From: Parcubacteria group bacterium Greene0416_36
GTDB taxonomy: Bacteria > Patescibacteriota > Patescibacteriia > VMEV01
Reading direction: 5' to 3'
Length of the DNA stretch: 64,000 nucleotides
NCBI GenBank assembly: GCA_007375725.1
Contig: VMEV01000001.1
Coordinates: 15,503-79,502 of the forward strand
In this document: positions 38,204-46,270 of the stretch, piece after piece
Numbering within the stretch: position 1 is the first letter of the stretch
How the letters are laid out: each line of letters starts with the position of its first letter
Notes under the pieces: model-generated
The model's database searches: none
Told to the model about the DNA's origin: nothing
The model's input: the letters and a program-made list of their open reading frames with translations, nothing else
Position numbers and translations under genes: made by a program

Positions 38204-38503
38204 TTGTTGAACAAAGATTCGGAATTTGGAGATGTGCAGGTAAGGTTAAAAATCAGCCACTCCGACAACCTAGGCAAACAAACGGCCAGCTGTTTTTTTG
38301 CAAGATTCGAAGAAATCGAATCAATAAAGGTGCAAGATCCCAACAAATGGCAATATTACGAAGACCCTCAGGATGGTCGTTCCCTGGAAATTAGTTCAAT
38401 AGAAATGCTTCAATTCTATGGAAATCAGACATGGGAAATGTTGGAAATCGTTAAAAAAATAGGAGTAAAAAGCCTAACAGACACAACCAAGAGCTTTTCC
38501 TAA
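38204..38503 (+). CDS. Hypothetical protein
   Basis: 99-aa ORF, start uncertain. Confidence 0.45.
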   Translation: MLNKDSEFGDVQVRLKISHSDNLGKQTASCFFARFEEIESIKVQDPNKWQYYEDPQDGRSLEISSIEMLQFYGNQTWEMLEIVKKIGVKSLTDTTKSFS

Positions 38504-38641
38504 AATAAATCTCCCCCACCCCACAAGCAAGGCACACCCCCTCGAACAACAAAAACAGCACCCTCCCCAACGGACCGCGTGCTGTTTTTTTTATTTGCTC
38601 CCTGTTTATTTGTCATTTATCACTTTTGCTTTGTCATTTAC

Positions 38642-39646
38642 TTATTTCATCTTCTTCCCCACCAATACCGTCAAATCCGCGAGGCGTTGAGAATACCCCC
38701 ATTCATTGTCATACCACACCATGATCTTAGCGAAATCGCCGCCCATGACTTGAGTCAGAGGCAGATCGACAATCGCGGAGTAAGGAGAGCCGATAAAGTC
38801 GGACGAGACGAGAGGTTCGTCTGATACAGCTAAAATACCACTATACCTCTTGGACTCTGACTCTTTTGTGAAGACCTTGTTGATTTCTTCCACCGTGGTT
38901 TTCTTTTCGAGAAGCACGGTGAAATCCGATAAAGACCCAACGATTATAGGAACACGAAGCGACTGCCCGTCAAATTTCCCGGCAATGGCGGGCAAGATTT
39001 TGCCGATGGCGCCAGCCGCTCCGGTCGAAGTCGGCACGATATTCTGAGTGGCGGCGCGTCCCCGCCGCATATCCTTGGCCTGAGGCGCATCTTGGAGAGC
39101 CTGCTGCGCCGTATAGGCATGAATCGTGGTCATGAGTGATTTCTTGATGCCAAAATGGCGAGACAAAATTTCCATCACCGGCCCGATACAATTGGTCGTG
39201 CAAGAAGCATTCGATACCACCAAAGCCTTGCCGTCATATTTGTCGGCATTCACTCCGATCAAGAAAGTCGGAGTCTCATCCTTGGCCGGCGCGGACAGAA
39301 TCACTCGCTTGGCTCCGGCTTTGATATGCGGCATGGCCAATTCAGTGGACACGAAAAATCCGGTACACTCGAGGACCACGTCCACTTTCAACTTCTTCCA
39401 CGGCAACATGCCCGGATCTTTCTCCGCGAAAACGGGAATTTTCTTCCCATCCACGATCAAATGCTTCTCGTCATAATCCACTTCTCCATCAAAATGGCCA
39501 TAAGCCGTGTCGTATTTGAGGAGATACGCCAAAGTTTTAGTATCCGTCAAATCATTGATGCCCACGAAATTCAACTCCTTTTTCTCGAGCCCCGCTTTGA
39601 ACACATTCCGGCCAATCCGGCCAAACCCGTTGATGGCGACATTCAT
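38642..39646 (-). CDS. gap: Type I glyceraldehyde-3-phosphate dehydrogenase
   Basis: INGFGRIGR, SNASCTTNC, WYDNEWGY. Confidence 0.98.
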   Translation of the reverse strand: MNVAINGFGRIGRNVFKAGLEKKELNFVGINDLTDTKTLAYLLKYDTAYGHFDGEVDYDEKHLIVDGKKIPVFAEKDPGMLPWKKLKVDVVLECTGFFVSTELAMPHIKAGAKRVILSAPAKDETPTFLIGVNADKYDGKALVVSNASCTTNCIGPVMEILSRHFGIKKSLMTTIHAYTAQQALQDAPQAKDMRRGRAATQNIVPTSTGAAGAIGKILPAIAGKFDGQSLRVPIIVGSLSDFTVLLEKKTTVEEINKVFTKESESKRYSGILAVSDEPLVSSDFIGSPYSAIVDLPLTQVMGGDFAKIMVWYDNEWGYSQRLADLTVLVGKKMK

Positions 39647-39760
39647 ATAATTTGAGGCTATTAGGCATTAGGCCATTAGCTTATTAGATTGATAGAAAAC
39701 TGATTGCTTAAATTTTAGCAAAAATAGCACAGAAAAAAAGCAGGGATAAAAAACCCTGCT

Positions 39761-39804
39761 TATACACAAAAAATGTCCGACATGTCGGACATTTTTTGTG
39801 TATA
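39761..39804. repeat. 44-bp perfect palindrome
   Basis: TATACACAAAAAATGTCCGACA|TGTCGGACATTTTTTGTGTATA. Confidence 0.85.
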
Positions 39805-39826
39805 TTTTTTCTAAAAACTAAAAACT

Positions 39827-40414
39827 CTATATCTGATATCTCGTAAACCTCGTGACCTCAATCTTCTCTCCCAATCGCGCGATCTTTTCTTTGACGAGAT
39901 CAGACACGGTTTTCGTATCATCCTTGATAAATTTCTGTTCCAAGAGGCAATTATCCTGATAATAAGTCTTGAGCTTGCCTTCGAGGATCTTGTCGAGCAT
40001 TTCTTCTTTTTTGCCCTCTTTTCGAAGCTGTTCTCGGAGGATTTCTTTCTCTTTCTCCACCGCTTCCGTAGGAACAGACGCAATGCTCACAAAAAGAGGA
40101 TTGCCGGCCGCAGCCTGCATGGCCAAATCTTTCGCCAGCTCCTTAAATTCCTCATTGCGTGCCACGAAATCCGTCTCGCAGCGCACTTCCACCATAGTGG
40201 CTACCTTACCATTGGCATGCAGATACATGCCGACGAGGCCTTCTCCAGCCGTGCGGTCATTCTTCTTGTCCGCCTTCAGAATCCCCTGCTTGCGAAGATA
40301 TTCCGCGGATTTATCCATATCTCCCCCATTGGCTTCGAGGGCCTTTTTGCAGTCCACAATCCCCGCGCCCGTCCTTGCGCGCAGTTCGGATACGAGTTTA
40401 GAATCAATGTTCAT
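39827..40414 (-). CDS. tsf: Elongation factor Ts (short form)
   Basis: LRARTGAGIVDCKKAL, CETDFVARN. Confidence 0.97.
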   Translation of the reverse strand: MNIDSKLVSELRARTGAGIVDCKKALEANGGDMDKSAEYLRKQGILKADKKNDRTAGEGLVGMYLHANGKVATMVEVRCETDFVARNEEFKELAKDLAMQAAAGNPLFVSIASVPTEAVEKEKEILREQLRKEGKKEEMLDKILEGKLKTYYQDNCLLEQKFIKDDTKTVSDLVKEKIARLGEKIEVTRFTRYQI

Positions 40415-40483
40415 AAAATAAGCCGCCCTGTTGTTCCCTCCCTTGTAAAGGGCAGGGTTAGGGAGGGGTTTATTGTTAGAGCC

Positions 40484-41248
40484 TTACTTCTTGCCCTCTT
40501 CTTTCTTCGCTGAAGCTTCGAAGGACACGGCCTTCACATCCTCTTTTTTGATGATCACCGGCTTGGGTCGGGCCTTGCCTTCCTTCACAGCCTCGGCAAT
40601 AAGACCGACGATAAAGGTGATGGATTTGGTCGCGTCATCATTGGCGGGAATCGGATAATCGATTTCTTCGGGATTCACATTGGTGTCGCAAATGGCGACC
40701 ACGGGAACTCCCTTGGTCTGGGCTTCCGCAAAAGCGGTTTTCTCGCGTTTGACATCCACCAAAAATACCGCATCCGGAATCTTTTCGAGATTAGCGATAC
40801 CCCCCACGCTCTCCTCCAACCGTTCGATTTCACGGGAAAATTCCAATTGTTCTTTCTTGGTATATTTGGATAATTTTCCGACTTCCATTTTATATTTAAG
40901 ATCCTTATATTTCTTAAGCACCTTGAATAGTACATTAAAATTGGTCATGAGTCCGCCCAGCCATCGCTTATTGACATAAGGCATGCCGCAAGAGAGAGCC
41001 GCGTCTCGGATAATATCCTGACACTGGCGCTTGCTGCCCACGAACAAAACCGTTCCGCCACTCGCCGCGATATTGGCCACAAACTCGCAGCTTTTGAGAA
41101 GAGCTTCCTGAGTTTTCTCCAAATTAATAATATGGACCCCGTTTCGGACTCCAAAAATATAGCCCCCCATTTTCGGGTGCCATCTCGACACTTGATGCCC
41201 AAAATGCAAACCATTTTGGAGCATTTCCAAAAGACTGACGTCTTTCAT
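40484..41248 (-). CDS. rpsB: 30S ribosomal protein S2
   Basis: GLHFGH..SRWHPKM, RWLGGLMTN, DTNVNP, PANDDA; start ATG 41248. Confidence 0.98.
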   Translation of the reverse strand: MKDVSLLEMLQNGLHFGHQVSRWHPKMGGYIFGVRNGVHIINLEKTQEALLKSCEFVANIAASGGTVLFVGSKRQCQDIIRDAALSCGMPYVNKRWLGGLMTNFNVLFKVLKKYKDLKYKMEVGKLSKYTKKEQLEFSREIERLEESVGGIANLEKIPDAVFLVDVKREKTAFAEAQTKGVPVVAICDTNVNPEEIDYPIPANDDATKSITFIVGLIAEAVKEGKARPKPVIIKKEDVKAVSFEASAKKEEGKK

Positions 41249-41631
41249 ATAAATTCTTGTCGGACCGTAGCTTTTTAGCAAAGGCCGAATCTTTTTAATC
41301 TCTACTACCCCTACCCTTTCGCCCTAGTTAGAAAACAAGGGAAGAATGAAAGGATATTGGAAATGCTTATAAATAAGCACTGGAGATAGTATAAAGGATG
41401 AATAAATTAGCTTCTTTAGGCTTTAGCTTCATTAGCTTCTTTAGCTAAAAAAACAAATAAAACCATTTAAAAGCTATTAAGAGAAACTAACAGATTTAAG
41501 CCAGATGATCAACTTGACAAAATACAAATAAAAGACTATTGTATTGGCACTATTCGACCGTCAATTATCAGCCTTTTTTCGCTGATCGATGAAGATTGGC
41601 GAGGAGAGGCACTTTGAAAAGGAAAAAAAGA

Positions 41632-41820
41632 ATGAATGACAAAAAACACACAATCAATCCATGGACAAAAGAAGAGCTTGAACAATTAGCCAAAAGCATG
41701 AAAAGGCAAAAAGACAGAATAAAAAAAATTAGTGAGTCGGACAATGAAGCCATTTGGGAAGCTTGGGATTCTGGCAATCCAGCGAATCACCAAGAACCTT
41801 CTGTAAAACAGAAAAAATAA
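41632..41820 (+). CDS. Small hypothetical protein
   Basis: 62 aa from ATG 41632; upstream TTGACA-17-TATTGT and AAAGGA. Confidence 0.55.
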   Translation: MNDKKHTINPWTKEELEQLAKSMKRQKDRIKKISESDNEAIWEAWDSGNPANHQEPSVKQKK

Positions 41821-41975
41821 ATAATTTCGAACCCCCTCACAACCAAATCCCGCCGCACTCGGATCCAACCCAGTCAGCGGTTTTTAAATTTCTAGGGAAT
41901 TTAAAAAGGCCGCGAGAGTATTGGACTGCGGCCAATTTTGTAAAATTTTTCATTTTCATTTATAAATTCCCTTTT

Positions 41976-42635
41976 TTAGGCCACCTTCAACTGCGGGAAC
42001 ACATGCCACCGCAGACCCCAATAATGACAGAACATGCCAAAATTCACACAGATATGCCAAAGAGCGTGGTAATACCAGCGGTGAGAGTCGTATTTATAAA
42101 ACCACAGAGCTCCCAGCATGTACCAGCCCCCGCCAATAATAATAAAAGCAATTGCGTCCCAAGAAAGATTCTTGAGTATGGACCGGCTGAATAGAAAAGC
42201 GTATCCGGCTAGACCATAATAGAGGCAAATAGAGTCGGGGTGATATCGGTGCGGACATCCGATTTTATATAGCACACCAAAAACACAGATAAGAGCGGCT
42301 CCAACCGTATAAATTTTCTGATTGGGAAACGCGCTCAAAATCACAATCGCCACGGTCACCGCTATATGGACGAAAATACAGCAATGATCGAATATCTTTA
42401 TGGCTTGATTGAATGTATCCGAGGAATAATGACCATAAAGACCGTGGTATAGCGCACTGGAGAAAAAAACTCCAAAAATAGACCAAGCATAAACAAAAAA
42501 GAGCTTCCTCTTTTTCTCTTCCCAAGCCGGAATATAAAATAGCACTACCCAGAGGGAAATCAACGCGGGAATGGCGTGAGTGATCCAGTTAAGCGGATAA
42601 TACACGCAATATCTGCCAATACTCAGTGCTTCCAT
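41976..42635 (-). CDS. Hemolysin III / PAQR family membrane protein
   Basis: NWITH, SSALYH, DHCCIF, YHALWHICV. Confidence 0.9.
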   Translation of the reverse strand: MEALSIGRYCVYYPLNWITHAIPALISLWVVLFYIPAWEEKKRKLFFVYAWSIFGVFFSSALYHGLYGHYSSDTFNQAIKIFDHCCIFVHIAVTVAIVILSAFPNQKIYTVGAALICVFGVLYKIGCPHRYHPDSICLYYGLAGYAFLFSRSILKNLSWDAIAFIIIGGGWYMLGALWFYKYDSHRWYYHALWHICVNFGMFCHYWGLRWHVFPQLKVA

Positions 42636-42746
42636 GGCCGCACCTCACTTTCGGGACATGCCCCTATAAAAAAGAACGATTCCCTATATATTAGAACGGT
42701 AGTATTTTTTGAAAAAAACAACAAACCCTTTCTTGGAGAAAGGGTT

Positions 42747-43166
42747 TTATCGTCGATATCGACTTGCTTTTAGCAAGGCTTCTTCCAGCCCCGGTTCAAA
42801 TTTCTGTTCTTTGATCTCGTCTTTATGAATCCAGATGAATTGGGTTTCTGTCTTATTTTCATGATCCATAAAAAGAATTTCATTTGGCACATCCATTAAA
42901 TACACCACATAAACACGATGAAAAGACCTTTCCGGCGCAAAATAAGTAAATGCATGCAAAAGTCCGGGGTTCTCACTGAGGGTATAATTTAGCTCTTCCT
43001 TCAATTCACGGCGCAAGGTGTTCAGCAATGTTTCTCCATATTCTACAGTACCTCCCGGAATATCCCGCGTTCGGCTCGCACTATTCCTCATCGAGTACAG
43101 AACCTTATCTCCGCTAAAAAGAAGGGCTGAAATCAAAACATTTGTATCCAGTACTACTTTTATCAT
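42747..43166 (-). CDS. NUDIX hydrolase with a PIN-toxin-like N-terminus
   Basis: MIKVVLDTNVLISALLF followed by PGGTVEYGETLLNTLRRELKEEL. Confidence 0.8.
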   Translation of the reverse strand: MIKVVLDTNVLISALLFSGDKVLYSMRNSASRTRDIPGGTVEYGETLLNTLRRELKEELNYTLSENPGLLHAFTYFAPERSFHRVYVVYLMDVPNEILFMDHENKTETQFIWIHKDEIKEQKFEPGLEEALLKASRYRR

Positions 43167-43173
43167 AAGGAAT

Positions 43174-43404
43174 CTAGCGGGACCTGACAGCCTCAATTTC
43201 TTCTTCAATTTCATTCTCACTTATCTGTGCGCCTATAGATTTAAGCCTAGACTTTAAAGCAGACAGAGAAGGATTCTCCATCTTTTTAATAATCAAACTA
43301 TCGACTTCTGCCATAATATACACATCAGCCCCTTCCCAAGACTTTTGTAATTGCGATGATAGTCTAATCGATCCTCTTTTAACTTGGCTTGTTTTGACGG
43401 TCAT
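43174..43404 (-). CDS. AbrB/MazE-like antitoxin-type protein
   Basis: GSIRL....W.G......EVDSLIIKK, C-terminal ISENEIEEEIEAVR; immediately upstream of the PIN-like start. Confidence 0.6.
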   Translation of the reverse strand: MTVKTSQVKRGSIRLSSQLQKSWEGADVYIMAEVDSLIIKKMENPSLSALKSRLKSIGAQISENEIEEEIEAVRSR

Positions 43405-43410
43405 AGAATA

Positions 43411-43761
43411 TCAATTTATGCTTCTATGATATAAGAAAAACCAATAGAAATCCAGCTTTTCCATATCCATTACTTTGAAATCGCAGTCGGAATAAGAAAA
43501 TTTCGCGATTTTAATCAATTTTTCAGAAATACCTATCCCGCAAGATATTTCCGCACCCATAGTTTTGAGATAATGAGAATCTTCCCCACTGCCACAGGCC
43601 AAACTCAATACTTTCTTCCCTTTCAGATCGGGCAAAAGCGCGTACATCGCCGGCTTTTCATAATAAGCATGATACAGAGATTCCTCCGGATTTCTCACAT
43701 GCTCCGAATATTGCTGAGAATTATCATTATACCACGCTATAGTTTTTGGATCAGTCGACAT
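43411..43761 (-). pseudogene. Truncated class I SAM-dependent methyltransferase
   Basis: LKGKKVLSLACGSG, ISEKLI..A, DMEKLDF, then ends without the second half of the fold. Confidence 0.7.
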
Positions 43762-43885
43762 AAATAAATCATGATATTCCAATGCTCTCAGATTAGCCCA
43801 ATTCCCTCTTTCTCTCAAGCTCCAAAATTGACAATTCACCCTAAAACATAATAATCTGAAAACGTTCCTTAGCGCATCATTATTC

Positions 43886-43957
43886 GCCCTCATCGTCTAA
43901 CGGTTAGGACATCAGATTCTCAATCTGGTAATCGGAGTTCGATTCTCCGTGGGGGTA
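43886..43957 (+). tRNA. tRNA-Glu(CTC)
   Basis: GCCCTCATCGTCTAACGGTTAGGAC, anticodon arm TCAGA-TTCTCAA-TCTGG, T arm CGGAG-TTCGATT-CTCCG. Confidence 0.95.
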
Positions 43958-44031
43958 CCCTAAAACGACTCTCCCGCCAATAGCGGGACCAAGTATCTGT
44001 AACATCAATATTGATCTGATTTTTTTCAAAC

Positions 44032-44742
44032 AAAAAAAAGACCCCAGTTAATTTATATTGATATTATTCAATATTTTAACTGAAGTATTTTTGATCTTCA
44101 TCTCCTTTTAATTGCCTTTTCAGGATTTTTTCTGCGGCAATCTTTTTCGGTGGAGACAGGCTTTTTCACCTTTCAACTGCTTTCAAATAACTGTCTTCGA
44201 AAGCAAACCGTCAGATTTCTCTAGGTAGAAATCTGCAAAAGAAATTTTCGATATATCCACCATTTTTACCTAATATGGGATATATCTACTCTAGGAGCAG
44301 GCCTAGTCCTTTAAGAGGTTCCTGTTCTTTTGGAACAGGGTTGACCTCTATTTGACCCTCTGCTTTTTGGAAGCAGATATACTTTTTCCTAACCCTACCC
44401 CTTTTTTTAAGGGGAAGAGCTGTAAACTTTATCTGGTGCCTATCACAACAAAATGTGACTAGGCGATAAAGAAGATTCGGACAGGATTTGCAACCTGTGG
44501 ATTTTGATGAGGAGCTTATAGCCTGCCTCATCTCCATCCAATCTTTTATCCCATAAAGAACCGTCCTTTTTCCTAACCCCTCTTTTTTTACAAAAAAGGA
44601 GCTGTAAACTTTATTTGATGCCTATCACATAAATGTGACTAGGCGAATAAAGAAATTCGGCAGGTGTTTCAACCTGAGGGTTTCAATGAATGGACCCATG
44701 TCCTCGTTCATTGATTCCCAATTTTTCTTACAAATCGATCAT
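44032..44742 (-). ncRNA. Candidate large structured ncRNA (~710 nt) with a tandem ~160-nt domain
   Basis: Promoter TTGACA-17-TAGTAT (44749-44777), terminal hairpin + T8, more than a dozen hairpins, compensatory changes between units 44567-44724 and 44383-44543. Confidence 0.72.
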
Positions 44743-44807
44743 GAAAACATACTAACACATAAAAATAGATATGTCAATATTCTACAAAAAAATGCTAATA
44801 TATAATC

Positions 44808-44928
44808 AAAAAAAGAAATCCCATTGATTTTGGATCAATGGGCTTCTGGTAGGCATTATGTATATGAGACCTATTAAGGCAGAACAATTTAATGCCTGTC
44901 CATATTTTCAACCTACCGATTTAGAAGT
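44808..44928 (-). ncRNA. Candidate sRNA (~120 nt)
   Basis: Promoter TTGACT-17-TATAGT (44935-44963), rod-like fold, terminator CCCATTGAT/ATCAATGGG + T run. Confidence 0.65.
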
Positions 44929-45004
44929 ACATATACTATACCACACCTGAAACAAAAAGTCAAAAATAGTTAATAAAATCGCTAATATAAAATAAAATTC
45001 AAAA

Positions 45005-46252
45005 CTACTGCCTCACCAATACCGCCGGTGCGCCCAAGGGCTCGGCCATGAGCTCGCGGACGATTTTCTCCATGCGGGTTTCGGCACCTCCGGAAACCAT
45101 GAGGAGGTCGCCTTTTTCGAGGCGGTTCTGGATGAATCGGCCGGCTTCTTCTGGGGTCGGAAAATAAAAACACCGTTCTTCGAGCATGCCGGCTTCTCGG
45201 GCTCCACGGACAATATCGCGGGCCTTCTCGCCTACGGCAACCAGATAATCCGGGTTCGTTTCAAATACTTTAGCTCCGATCGCACGATGCTCGTCTTCCG
45301 TGTAGCGGCCGAGATGGCTGATCGACCCCAAGACCGCAAACTTCTCGCGAGGTTTCTCAAGCGCAATCGACGCCAAGGTGTCCAATGCCACCTTCATGGA
45401 ATAAGGATTGGCGTCTCGGGTATCGTCGATGATCATGGTTTTCTTAATGCCGCGGATGAGGCACAATTTCCCGGGGGTGGGATGGTATCCGACAAAAGAC
45501 TCCACCATTTTGAGTAAATTCCCGCCCAGGTGAAGTCCGGCCAAAATTCCGGCCATGAATCCGCGCGCGTGATCCGCCCCCACGGCTCCGGGCAAAAACA
45601 CGGGAATGCTGTTTCCTTGATAATTGAGCTTGAACGACATGCCCAAAAGCCGGCCGTCGGTTTCCTCGGCCTGCCGGTCTTCCCATACCGATAAATCACT
45701 GGCTCGAATCGTTGCACTAGAAGAAAATCCAAATGAAACAGAAGGCGATGAAACCCCCTTGGCCGCGGCCGCCACATTCAGATTATCGGCGTTAAAAATC
45801 ACCAGAGGATTCGCCCCGGACACCGCAAAAATGCCGGATTTCTCCTTGGCCTCTTCTTCGATCGAGGCAAAAAATTCTTGATTGGTGTCGCTCACGGTTC
45901 CCAAAATTCCAATCGAGTGCGGATGAAAATCCAAAAAAGGCTTCATTTTTCCCGGAGCATGCGCCGGATATTCCACGACAAAACATTTCGTAAAATCGCG
46001 GCTTCCGACCAAACTTTTGATGCCTTGCACCACAATATTCTTTTTGCCGTCCAAAACCCATCCAGCCAAATCCTCCAAGGGTTCCTTTCCATACTCTCCC
46101 GAACGCACCACCCTGCCTCCCACGACTTCCTTGAGCGCAAAAAATACGGCATCTCGAATGATGACTGACTCCGCATCTCCGGCAACCGCAATCCAATGCG
46201 GCCTATGCCGGGCAAGAGTTTTTTGCGCGAGTCTGACTATAAATTTTTCCAT
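45005..46252 (-). CDS. murF: MurF-like Mur ligase with degenerate P-loop
   Basis: IIDDTRDANP.SM..AL, LGSISHLG....EH, FNADN; follows ftsI. Confidence 0.75.
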   Translation of the reverse strand: MEKFIVRLAQKTLARHRPHWIAVAGDAESVIIRDAVFFALKEVVGGRVVRSGEYGKEPLEDLAGWVLDGKKNIVVQGIKSLVGSRDFTKCFVVEYPAHAPGKMKPFLDFHPHSIGILGTVSDTNQEFFASIEEEAKEKSGIFAVSGANPLVIFNADNLNVAAAAKGVSSPSVSFGFSSSATIRASDLSVWEDRQAEETDGRLLGMSFKLNYQGNSIPVFLPGAVGADHARGFMAGILAGLHLGGNLLKMVESFVGYHPTPGKLCLIRGIKKTMIIDDTRDANPYSMKVALDTLASIALEKPREKFAVLGSISHLGRYTEDEHRAIGAKVFETNPDYLVAVGEKARDIVRGAREAGMLEERCFYFPTPEEAGRFIQNRLEKGDLLMVSGGAETRMEKIVRELMAEPLGAPAVLVRQ

Positions 46253-46270
46253 AGATATCTGATCACCAAG

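Noticed and set aside
41837-41959. 40-codon minus-strand ORF (MKMKNFTKLAAVQYSRG...) after the hemolysin III gene
   Set aside because: No second copy or motif to support it; it overlaps hairpins between convergent genes
44286-44537. 83-aa ORF inside the large ncRNA candidate
   Set aside because: Begins inside repeat unit B; the paralogous unit A differs by indels and its changes follow base pairing, not codons; no recognisable protein features
44032-44928. RNase P RNA, tmRNA, SRP RNA or group I/II intron as the identity of the ncRNA candidates
   Set aside because: Did not find GAGGAAAGTCC, tRNA-Ala-like ends, the SRP GGAA domain IV motif or an intron domain V by eye; needs cmscan to be conclusive
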